This document shows, one piece after another, positions 34,524-46,547 of a stretch of 64,000 bases of DNA. Position 1 is the first letter of the stretch. Each line of letters starts with the position of its first letter. A program made the translations under genes and the position numbers. The notes under the pieces are model-generated. The model was not told where the DNA came from. It was given only the letters and a program-made list of their open reading frames with translations, and searched no databases. The DNA comes from Bigelowiella natans CCMP2755 (lineage: Eukaryota; Protista; Cercozoa): the NCBI GenBank assembly GCA_000320545.1, contig ADNK01002140.1:62001-126000 (forward strand), read 5' to 3'.

Positions 34524-35809
34524 ACCCTTCGCAATTCCCTTTGGGCTATGGTTACCGCTTCAAGTAATAGCATTCTTTCTACATGCACTTTTAGTCTGTT
34601 CAACCCTCCCGATTGTGACCCAGCCACAACTGCTAAATGTTTCAAGCCTCCTGGGTACATCAAAAAGGTGAGTGAGTAAGGTACCCTGTAGCATTGGGGT
34701 GGTACTGATAAGATGGGATACCTTTTCCTTTCCCTTCAGCCTATGGATCTTCATATTTGGGTGGGAGATTCCTGGTGTACCAGGTAACAGCAGTTATGCT
34801 AAGCTTAGATATATCAATGCCTGATATAGAATGAGAAGAAGAAGAAGAAGAAGAAGAAGAAGAAGAAGCTAATAGTCATTGTTATTGTTGATCAGGCCTA
34901 TTAACCACCTCAGACACAATCGTGATAGGTCGGTTAGTAAATAGCAGAACAATGGAGATAGATAGATTGATAAGTGGGTAGATATGTGCCAAACCTTATC
35001 ATGCCTAACTTTTCCCTCAATAACAACATATTCTTCCCCCAAAACTATCAAAGCGACCATTGCATCGATTTGGCGTCGAAGAGTAACCTTAACTTCACGA
35101 ACATATCCATTTCTGAATCGCACACGTGGGAGATTCCACACTTGAAGATACCAAAAAGTTCCAGAAACAATGGATCGGTCATACCAACCATATCCACCCA
35201 AATTTTGTCAGGAATTAGGATATGAGAATAACCTTCATGGCATGTAGCCTTGCTGTAGCACATACATAAACACACATAAAGATAGGGGGCAAGAAAGGAA
35301 GGGGAATGGGAGAGGAGGAGAGGGAGATATTTTGGTGTGTTTTGATGGATTCCTTGGAACAAATATTCAGGTTTGCATGACAGCAATTCTTGGAAAGCGT
35401 GGATTTACATCAAAAGATATAAAAAATCCGAAGAAAGCCGGGAAAATGGTACCTTTTATTCACCCATTATTCTGTTACTACTATCATCATCATAATAATC
35501 ATCTTGCATTACAATACTTCTCTCGAACATTAGAGGAGCTATCCTTCAGCATCAAACAGCATTTGTAAAATCCCAATCACGTGAATAATCATATAATCAG
35601 GTGCGAACTGACATATACTTGACGAAACATCTACCAATCATGACCTACACGGCTAGAAACCTCTTGGGTAGCAAGAATGAGACTGAAGAAGGCAAACAAG
35701 CAGAACAGTCCATAGTGTATGGGGAGGTTGTCACGCACTGGAAGGGGCGTGTCAAGCTTCGTGTGGTCACGCCAAAGGCGAAACTCCTAAAGTTGCAATT
35801 ACACACACC

Positions 35810-35872
<63 letters not shown>

Positions 35873-36989
35873 TATTATGTATATATGTGTATTATATGTA
35901 TTATTATGTTATCAAGTACGAGAAGTTTAGTGGCTCTCAGAGCAACATTGGAAGCAATCGCCCAATCATTAGATGATCAATGTTAAACGGCGATGACGAC
36001 GACGACGACTATCATAGTTCTCTTATGTATGGAATGGTGATGGGATGTTAGTCACGATGATGATGATGATGACGATGATGATGATGATATTGGCGGTGAC
36101 TGAGGTGATGACATCCTTGCTTATCCATTAGGGATCCTCAGAAAACACCCGATTTATGGAGATGGCCGACACATAAGAAACACTGGTAATCATAATTGAG
36201 GAGGAGGAGGAGGAGGAGGAGGGGGGGGGGGGGAGGAAGAAGACCGAAAGAAGAGTGGCGGGGGATCCGAAGAAGAGGGAATGGGCGAATAAGGCATTGG
36301 TGATTGATGATTGTTGTTTTGGATGTAGCACCGCACTAACATCATGTCCTTAATCGAAGACGACTAGCCCAGAGTGTGCTGTGTGCTTCACTTTATTTCT
36401 TCATCAAGCCTTCCGACGATATATGCTCATGTCCCACTTTACATATTCCCCGACCTCTCACCAGCATTCCCTACCGCTGTTACTGCTCTCATTGCTACTA
36501 CTAATGCTATATATAAAACCTTGCTGGTGGTGGTGCTCTAAACTTCCATCCATCTATGTATCTACTCGTAGGTTGCCGCATTTCTATGCAGACGAAAGCA
36601 CCCTGTTTCGATCACACTACTCTCGGCTGTCCAATAATACCAACAAAGTAAAAAGAAGGATGTATGAGTAGGAGGAGGAGAAGTGAGAGGGGAGGAGGAG
36701 GGGGAGCAGCAGCAGCAGTAGTTCAATAGGCAACCTCGTTTGTGAGTAAATAGTAGCTGTTGCAGTAGAGAGTCAATGAGTCAGAAAGTCACGGGGAGAA
36801 CGAAGAATTATACTAAGAAGAAGAAGAAGAATAAGACGTTACCGATTGATTGATGCTTGGTAGAGTTTTCAAATGATGTAAGTATTATTCTTCTTATTTT
36901 TTTTAAGAGTTGTTGTTGTTGTTGTTATTGTTGTGGTTGCTGGTCGCCATTCTGCTGTAGGAGGATCCTCCGATCAAGATCGAGGTACA

Positions 36990-37021
<32 letters not shown>

Positions 37022-38037
37022 TAGATGTAATTATAGAAGAAAGAGGTAAAGAAGAAGAGAAAATGAGAAGAAACTGCTAAGAATATATGGCACATCGTAG
37101 ATATGGATATACATGTCTGTTCATTGATTATCGGCAGCTACTACCAACGTCTCTTGGGGCATATCGTTTGCTAACAACTGTGCATACGGGAGTGAATCAA
37201 ATGAAGAATATGGGTACTCTTCCTCCTCCTCCTCACTCACATACATTTAGTTGTTGAAGTGTCATAATCATTATCATCATCATAATCATCATCATCTCTA
37301 TGATACGCCTTAGCTACCACCACCACTACTACTCCTACCACCACTACTATATGATCTAAAAGTGATGAATTACGAATGATATTAGGGTTTTCTGAGGCTG
37401 ATATTGAGGAGGTTGGTGATGTATGCATCCATGCTGCTACAAGAGGACATTGCAGTGTCATAGTCATTATTATGCAGTGCACGAGGAGGACGAGGAGAGC
37501 AAGGAGATATTTCTCTAAAATTTGTTGGCTTGATGATGATGATGACGATGAGAGCAATGACGTTGTCCATTCTTTCTCTTGAAGAGCTATTCTTTCATAA
37601 GCAGAAGAAGCAGCAGTCAGCTGCTCGATCATCAGCATATGCTATGTGTAGTTGTTGCCATCATCATCATCATTATCATCATCAAGATCATTACGATTAG
37701 GTCATGTATATGCTGGCTCCTGAACGTCTCTTTCGGATGATGTTGGTGCGGCATCATAATAGTATAGAGCAGCATTACCTGCCAACACAGACAATAGCAA
37801 ATTCGTGATATTGGTCTTGCAATAGTATCTGCTAACGTTCAGAGTCCCTGTACACACATCGTCATCATCAGCATCATAATAACAATAATGAGCATAATAA
37901 TAATAAGAAGAAGAAGAAGCTATTGTTGCAATCGTTGTCATTAATATATAATATATGAATATTCCATAGACCTGGATCGTCTCAATGCTGCACATGCTAT
38001 TCTCCGCCCTGGTAGCAACTTCTGCATACAACCACAC

Positions 38038-38075
<38 letters not shown>

Positions 38076-38357
38076 CCAGGAAAGAGGAGCGTACATCGCC
38101 ATGATCGTCCTTGCTATTATATCTGTTGTGTCATCTTACACTCACCCCTCCAAATTATCACCATTATTAGAATCATCATCATCGTCATCATCATCATCAT
38201 CGTCGTCGTCATCATCATCAGGCCTTCAAGAACGAAGTTGGATTTTGGAGTGGAAGAGAGACGGTTGCAGGATTATCACAATCTGCGGTACAAGACTTGG
38301 ACTAGGACTAGTAGGAGGAGTAGAAGTAGAAGTAGTACTTTTAAGCCGATCAGCAGG

Positions 38358-38392
<35 letters not shown>

Positions 38393-38523
38393 CCTGTGAG
38401 AGAAATGTAGGAGGAGGAGGAGGAGGAGGAGGAGGAGGAAAAAGAAAAGAAGAGAAAGAGGGTATTCGAGAGAAGGAGAGAAAGGGGATAGTACAATTAC
38501 ATTATATCACGCATTGATGGCTG

Positions 38524-38558
<35 letters not shown>

Positions 38559-39006
38559 CTTTTACCTCATCCTCCTCATCCCCCCCCTCCTCCCTCTTCC
38601 TCTGATCTTGATTTGGTTGACCTGTTGTTGATGTTTTGTTAGGTGATTGGGCAAGCTATATGCAGCATAATCATCTTGCTGTTTTTGTTTGATTCGGACC
38701 ACACATCACGAGTAATTGATGATGATGATGGTGGTGATGGTGGTGGTGGTGAGAGTAAGGCGTATCATGTTATTCTCCTCCTCTTTTATTCGATCTGTTG
38801 TCATCAGTATTAATTGCAACTATTATTGCTATTATTACTCTTCTGATTATTATATGTTTTCATCATTGTTTAGGTGGTATTGGCTACGGTAGCGATGTCA
38901 ACGCTGATAGATTTATGGAAGGTGCTGTTCTTGTTTTCCTGCTCACACCTTCTTTCCACTACCTACACTCGATGATTCGATGAATAAACGAATAGATCCA
39001 TCTTTG

Positions 39007-39040
<34 letters not shown>

Positions 39041-39375
39041 TATCATGATGATGCTGTTTGTTTTAGGTGAGCAAAGTGTTGAAGGTTCAATGGAGTTGGA
39101 CAAGGTGCTGCCACTATTCTTAGACACAACTACCTTCGCCACAATCACTTTCAGAACTACATCGACGATGACAATAACACGATTATTGAAAAACTACGGA
39201 TTTTTACAACTACCAAGTGGTGGTGGTGGTGGTGACAATGATGATAGCAAGCAGCAAGCACAGCAGTAATAAGTAGCCATATATCATATCCACAGCCTTC
39301 CTAAGCTTGCAGCGTCTACAACTAACGAATCGAAGACTAGAGAGTTTGATGTCCAAGGAATACGGTGACATTCTT

Positions 39376-39406
<31 letters not shown>

Positions 39407-40487
39407 TTGCTTTATGAACATTAAAGAAACACTATCAGCGACAATAAGAAGCCGTATGATGCTACTATACTCGTTGTCATAGGCTGCTCTTGTCTTCGTC
39501 TTTTGAATTATTCCTCCATGTTTGTAGGTATCTTTCGCTAGCTCTAGTGCCTCTCATACTAGGTACGCGCAGTAGCAGCAGCGCCATTTAGTTTGGTTTA
39601 TTTTCCCTTTGCTCTCGATCGTCATTATCATCATCGGATGTGTTCTCTGGACATTATTCCTGTGATGACTATGATGAAGCACGTTCCATTGTCGGGCCAA
39701 CGATGGAATCAACATGTGTTAGGGTGGTCAGTATATTGCCTCTTCAACTACAAGTATAAGTCTTGGTACTACTACTACTACTACTACTACTACTATCACT
39801 ACCACGTATATCAACCATTATTTCTCCATCTTCCCCATCTATTACCGTCCTCTCATGCATCTGATATTGTAGCAATCTCACACATATATCTATCATATTT
39901 CTATTGTCGTACCGTCGTTTTCTTCTTCTTCTTCTTCTTCTTCTTCTTCTTCTTCTTCTTTTTCTTTTTCCTTCCTCTAAGAAATGGCGTTGCATTTGTT
40001 GTCTAGGTATTCCTGGTGCATATCGTCTGCTGCAAATGGGGTCCTTACATCACCATGCCACATCACTATCATCATCATCATCATCGTCGTCGTCGTCGTT
40101 GTCATCATTATCACTATCACCATGTTCTTCTTACTACCACCATCGTCATCATAAATATAAGTAGCGAAAGAGTTCGCAACCCAAACTAGCAATATTCTCC
40201 GAATGTGCAATGTGCTAGAATTGTATGCAGACGGTAGGTAAAGGTGGACAATAGAAGGGGTGATAACGTCGAATATATATGATGACGATGACGATGATTA
40301 TGATGACGTTTTATGATTATACCAAGGAATATTATCAGTTGAAGAATACTAGCGCTGCTCCTGCTTCTTTAACCATTGCTGATGATTATATTCAGGTGTA
40401 TGCGTTCGGTTTCGTCCTGATGACACCGCAGATTTTTATCAATTATAAATTGAAATCGGTTGCACATCTTCCCTGGAAAGCGCTCAT

Positions 40488-40518
<31 letters not shown>

Positions 40519-40536
40519 CAGTAGTAGTCTAGAGTG

Positions 40537-40567
<31 letters not shown>

Positions 40568-41846
40568 ATGCGTCGCATCACTTTAATAGAGAATGATCCC
40601 TCTCTCCCCTCCCCCCATTTTCTCACTACTTCTTCTTCTTTTTCTGTCTTAATCCTCATCCTACTGTATCTCCTCTTCTCATCCAGGTATAAGGCGTTCA
40701 ATACATTTGTGGACGATGCATTTGGTAGTAATTCTTTGTTATGCACTACTGCTGCCCCGTGCCAGTGGTGGTGGTGATTATAGCTGTTGTGATGGTCATG
40801 CAGCAGCATATTCAGTAGTTGAATAAGCAAATGATCAATTAGCATATTGAGAGGAATACCAGGAGGAGAAGGAGGGAAGAAGGGAAAACATTGAAGCAAC
40901 AATGGGCGAGGAAATGGGACATGATGATGATGATGATAATATTCGATGCTAAATTCTGGCAGCACTACTACCCTTTTGTCACTGATGTGCCTGCAGCCAT
41001 CGATATGTCCAAATTTTGTTTTTTGGTCTTCAAATATCGATCTTGCGTCCGTTCCAAATTCTTATCTCCACCCTCTTCTCCCTCCCCCCCTTCCTCCCTT
41101 TTGAATATTCCCGTGTCTGGCCGTGTGTGTGTGTTTTCTGCATGGCGAACTAGCATGGATCATCGAGATGCCAACTGCTCATAGATTGGCGACACTTCGG
41201 GATGACCTCGTATTTTTCGTCTACATCTATCAAAGGTGTAGTAAATAATAGCAGCAGCAGCTACTAGTACAAATACCGCCAGAAAGGAATGAGTTGGGCA
41301 CATCTCACATTCCCCACGATCATCATCAGCAGTAGTGATTGTAGAGAGTTTGTTATCATTTTATCGACGACATGCAGTGTGGACAAGAATCATAAACGTA
41401 GTCTGGCAGCATATATCTGAGTGGATCGACCAATCACCACCCATTCTTCTGTTAAATGAATTCCAGAATGGAAGTCGTCATATTCATAGCAGTCGTAGTA
41501 GTAGTAGTAGCGCAATAGATTGCACTGAGGTGGTGTGCTGTTGGTTGTTGATTAGATTCTTGTATCCTGTGGATAAAACACGTCCGAACGAATTCGGTTT
41601 CGCCTATGAAGCTGATGCTGCTGCAAAAAAGGAGGAAGATTCCAAGGACAAGGATGATGCGGGGGGGGACAAGGATGATGGACGATTAAGAGGTACAAGT
41701 TGAATATTTTTGACAGCTGAGAGTAGTAAGCATTTCCTACCTACCAAATGATTCTTATTTACCATTTGGAAGCAGCACTGTAATCACCGTCAGCAGGAGG
41801 CATTACGTAACACCTACTCGTGATGATTGATCTCCTTCTGCAGCTC

Positions 41847-41878
<32 letters not shown>

Positions 41879-42423
41879 GTGATGATGAGGATGAGGATGA
41901 TGATGATAATGACGATGGTCAATAATGACAAAAAATAGGCCAAGAAGTTAAGGAAGAAAAGGACGAAAAATCTGTTCAACGTGACCCTGCAGCTGATGAT
42001 GCTTCTGCTGCTACAACAGTACTTTAAATCTTCTCGCCGTCACCATTCGCATACTGTTGCATTGCATCTTTGGTCTTTGGTTGATGCATTTCAATAAACG
42101 TTACAGCAGTAGCAGAACAGAATAAATGTATTAACTGGATTATTATTCGTCATCTTCGTAATCGTCTTTTAGGTGGAAAATACGGCGGCAGAAGTGGCAA
42201 CAGAATCCACCTCCGGTGACAATGGTAATACTCATCATTTTGGACACGCAAAAAACATTGATGATAGCTTCAATGCGTCTTGTTTACAATGCTTTGATAT
42301 TATACGCATGTGCATGACTGCCGAATAGGACATAATGGCGAATTGATCCCGCCTCAATCGCAAAACGAGAAGGAAGGTCCGGCGAGGAATGTAAGCGAAG
42401 CTGGATTAAGAAAGAGACGTTAG
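34355..42423 (+). CDS. CLPTM1L: CLPTM1/CLPTM1L-family lipid scramblase (many micro-exons)
   Basis: AFKNEVGFW, YKYKSW/YSW, VYAFGFVLMTPQIFINYKLKSVAHLPWKALM, YKAFNTFVDD, MPTAHRLATLRDDLVFFVYIYQR, YPVDKTRPNEFG are diagnostic of the family. Confidence 0.92.
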
Positions 42424-42599
42424 AAGACTGCACTTCACCTTGTCAGCGTGCTGCATTGCTGGATGGCTTACTCGTAGTCAATAAATACTTTTGGCTGACC
42501 ACCATTGCGATGCAATTAAATGAAGGACGCGCTTACGCACATGAATGCAATGCTAATCGTGTTCACTCCAGTTTGCATCAAATATAGCGTGCGATGCAG

Positions 42600-43537
42600 C
42601 GTGTGCATGCGCGGTCACATGAGCATGAGCTCTCGCTCTGGGATGCGCAGGATGCACATCAGTGCTTCAAGCAAGGTCGCCGTCGACCATTCCGCAATCC
42701 TGATGAGAATGCACCAGCATCTAGCAGTGCCCCCGATCGAGCCTGCTAGTCTGTTAGCTGTGTGGTTGCATGCTGGCATGCATCGCAAATGTCGAATGAG
42801 CTGTGCACAGCGATGCATGATTTCCAAAAGTCCACACATGCGTGCACACACTGGCACATCGCCTGCGAGCCTACCGTCTGCAGCATCATGCTAGCATGCG
42901 GAAACGTTTCGTTCTTGCGCAGCAATCTGGCTAGCTGGCAATCTGAGCAATGCTGGAATGTCAGATGTCCAGATGTGTCCACGCACCCAATGCAAGAATG
43001 ATCGAGCAATCTAGAAATGCTGCTGCTTCGCATGGCAACGAAAGAACATTGCAGGCAAACATGGAGAACTGCATTGCTGCATGCATTCAATTTGTGCAGC
43101 ACCAGCGAATGAAATGAACGCGGTCCCAATGCTTGATTCGAAAGGATCATCATCTTCCGATGTCAGGAGATGGACACAGCTCGAGATGAAGGAACACCAG
43201 AAAACGCCGAGGATCCTCCCTCTGCGACAATTATTTTCTGGAGACAAATCAGGATGGTTCTGGAATGCTCCCGAACTGCGTTCTCCAGTTCCAAAACAAG
43301 GGAGGTTCGGTTGGTGCGACATCAGTGATTCGAAGTCTGTGAACGAAAATCAACCGGAGATTCACTCCCAAAGCAACTGAGATGTGTCTCGAGATGTGTC
43401 TGGAAATGCTCCCGAAGAAGCCCGGAACGCATCCCGAAAGTCCCGAGCAGAAGACCACCTTGCAGGGAGCTCCTCCATCCCACATTCCCCATCATCAAAA
43501 CTCAAAATCCCAGACGACTAACAGCAACTTGACGCTG
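42600..43537. other. TpA-depleted island B (upstream of HSP20)
   Basis: Hand count 9 TA in 42601-43540, 5 of them in CTAG. Confidence 0.85.
43258..43445 (+). promoter_or_regulatory. Heat-shock element-like array upstream of HSP20
   Basis: TTC-tg-GAA-tg-cTC-cc-GAA at 43258-43275 fits alternating nGAAn/nTTCn pentamers; further GAA units lie at 43403-43440. Confidence 0.5.
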
Positions 43538-44326
43538 ATGATGTTCCACGACTATCATCACCCTGCAGCTATGTACCTTCTACGACCAGGATTCAGACGA
43601 CCGTCGTACGCCTTGACCGACCCTCGCGATTTCTACAGGGCCGCTGACTTCGAAGAAGCTTTCGAATCAATGTCTCGTGACATGAGGAGACTGAGACTTC
43701 AACATGAACAGCTCCTGACTCGATCTCCAATGACTAGATCCGAAAGAAAGAAACAGAAGATAGTAGAAATCCCCATAAGCAGAGAAATCCCAATAGCCAA
43801 AGATTCGGCACCGACATCTGAGGCCAAGAAAATGACTGATGCAAGCAACAAGAGGGAAGAAAAAGCACCAGCTGATGCAATGGCAGAAAAATCGATGTCC
43901 AGGAACAAAGGATATAAAGACATATTCTCAAATAAATTCTCCGAAGACTGGATAACCGGACTGCCCTCATCTTCCCTCCCCCTGCTACAAAAAAATGAGG
44001 AAGCCGATCGATACATCTACACATTGGACAAAGCCATTGGAGACATCAAGTGCTCGGTGAGGGACAACAACCTACACATCGAAGGGACAAAAGAGAAAAT
44101 TTATGACAACGGTTACTACAAAGAGAGTTTCACTCGATCTTTCTCCCTCCCTGCGAACATAGAGACTGACAAGATGAAGGCAGAACTTCTCGACGGCAAA
44201 CTGAGTATAAACATCCCAAAGTCCACTCCTTCCAAGATTGAGAAGGAAGAGACTAAGAAGGCAAATTCTACTTCTTCCAAGATTGAGAAGGAAGAGACTA
44301 AGGAGGAAGAGACTACCAGAAACTGA
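43538..44326 (+). CDS. HSP20: Small heat-shock protein (HSP20/alpha-crystallin domain), intronless
   Basis: DIKCSVRDNNLHIEG...ESFTRSFSLPANIETDKMKAELLDGKLSINIPK; C-terminal duplicated SKIEKEETK. Confidence 0.9.
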   Translation: MMFHDYHHPAAMYLLRPGFRRPSYALTDPRDFYRAADFEEAFESMSRDMRRLRLQHEQLLTRSPMTRSERKKQKIVEIPISREIPIAKDSAPTSEAKKMTDASNKREEKAPADAMAEKSMSRNKGYKDIFSNKFSEDWITGLPSSSLPLLQKNEEADRYIYTLDKAIGDIKCSVRDNNLHIEGTKEKIYDNGYYKESFTRSFSLPANIETDKMKAELLDGKLSINIPKSTPSKIEKEETKKANSTSSKIEKEETKEEETTRN

Positions 44327-44382
44327 TGCATCAAGGGCTGTGCATAGTTGTATGAACGTGTAAACATACATGTACATATATG

Positions 44383-44432
<50 letters not shown>

Positions 44433-45750
44433 GCATATATACATATATGTGTGCATGTACACATGTGCATGCATAAAACACATGTACTCATGTTCCATGT
44501 AATACTCATGTACTTTGTAGATAATAAATAGTGCAGATCAATTGCACATCCAGACATTTCCATGTTGCTACCGCATGAGCCTTCATCATGCAACTACATT
44601 TTCAACAGGCAGGCACACGCAGTGTGTACACTGTGCGCTACACATCGCCGAGTTCTACCCATGCACTGAAATCACAGATCATGGGCAACAAATTCACATG
44701 TCAATGCCAACATCACAGGAATGCCCTTTCGACCTCTTTTGAGTGACTCGCATCGATCACTTGCACATTCTGAATTTGTCATCATCAAGAAAGCGGTTGA
44801 TTTGCCATGAAGCTCACAGATGCAACGAGAATTAAGATGATGCTACATGGCATTTCACTGCAACTCGATTGTCGTGGACGTTCAAGAGCTAGAAAAATAA
44901 AGAAGAAGAAGAAGAAGAAGAAGAAGAAGAAGGAGGAGGAGGAGGAAACTGGAATCAGCATGGCGTGTCATCGCATCAATCACAGGCGCGCCATCAACAT
45001 CACAACGGCCTTGTTTCTTGATCTTTCTTTTTGCTGCACTGAGCTAGCTGCTGAGCACTGAATTCCCTCCTAAGAGCTCTCACATCCATGTTCCACTGTG
45101 CGTCACATCGATCCAAACATGCAAGGAGAAATGTTGTATTCCCATCCGACTCTGCTACATCTAGCACATGACATGTGGGCCTTTCTTGGCTGTGCGGTTT
45201 GCATGAACATATGCATGCAAGATGTCGGATGGGAAAATGATCCATGCATGACTAATGACGACTAGATGAGTCAACAAAGGATGTGACAGCCGTGCGGAAC
45301 AGAGCAACAGAGCAACGTTCGTAGCAAATAAATAAAGGCAACTGACAGTCATGACAAGTTCGCCGCGCACAATGGACACAGTAACATCTATCATGCGCGC
45401 ATGGCACAAGTCTGTTAAGACATTACAGGCATGTGAGATGTGCGCATGCGTAGTACACACGTCTAGCAAGACTTAGTAGCACAATCTGCCTTATTATGGA
45501 GTGTGATCATTTACGCACGCACGTCTATTAGCTAACATTGGCATGCGTACGTGCAACTCATATTTGGAGCATCATCTTGATGTAACATCGTTTTACTTGA
45601 TGATTCATCCTGCTTTTCAGCCTTATTCTTCTGACAGCACACCGGTATGTACACATGATGCATAATTTACCAACTTTCTCGTTCTAATTTTGTATCATAT
45701 GTATATCGTGTGTACACACCACGAAAATATTATATGTATATATATATATA

Positions 45751-45793
<43 letters not shown>

Positions 45794-46547
45794 GTCTTCC
45801 AGTCAACTGTATGTACAATCAGTAAGCAAACCGAGGCTCCAACTTCGTCAGGTGCGTATATGCGAAAAAACCTTACTCAGGCAATATATATACACTTATA
45901 CGATAACGACTTCACTGTAATGAATTTTTTATCTCTTTAAATGATGTCACCACTTAGCAATCGATAGCTCTAGACGTGACGTAATCAAAATATTTATGAA
46001 CAGAACTTCTTGACGGTTTCTTCAATGGAGATAAATGAATAGTTGTGCGTACGACTCCTCTCAACTTTAATGCTCATTAGATATCGGTTCAACCCTAATG
46101 ATGACTTGCGCCGCAGCGTCTCGTTTGGAAAAAAAAAAGGTATAAAAAACATAATTGTTTTCTTCCTCTCTGAGTACATATAAATGCTTCACGTCTGTGG
46201 ACTTAATTGACGCTTTTAAGATAAGAGATGCTTGTAAGTTTTAGATCATCTCTACCAGTAAATTTAGTCTTGAGCCTTATTATCATCATCATTCACTTGG
46301 CAATATTATGTATTATTTCATTAAAATCTATTATTCAGTCACTATAAGACTTACTTGATCACATTTGTCAATTATCACCTCCTCGTAAAAACAATCTCGC
46401 CAGAAGAATAAACAACACTGTCATTGATTTCCTCATGTTCAAGGAGGTGGATTTTCAGTAGTTTTCGGCATTATTGAAGGTAGCAGCGCATGATCGCAAC
46501 ATGCCCCCCCCCCCCCCCCTCTGACTGGCCGTTCATTCTACCGACAC

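Noticed and set aside
35770-35790. Possible GC-AG or other non-canonical splice donors
   Set aside because: Alternative GT donors exist nearby; this cannot be resolved without transcripts.
43382-43537. 52-codon N-terminal extension of HSP20 (MCLEMCLEM...)
   Set aside because: It lies in the TA-depleted promoter with HSE-like units, so the open frame is expected by stop-codon loss; 43538 is the more likely start.
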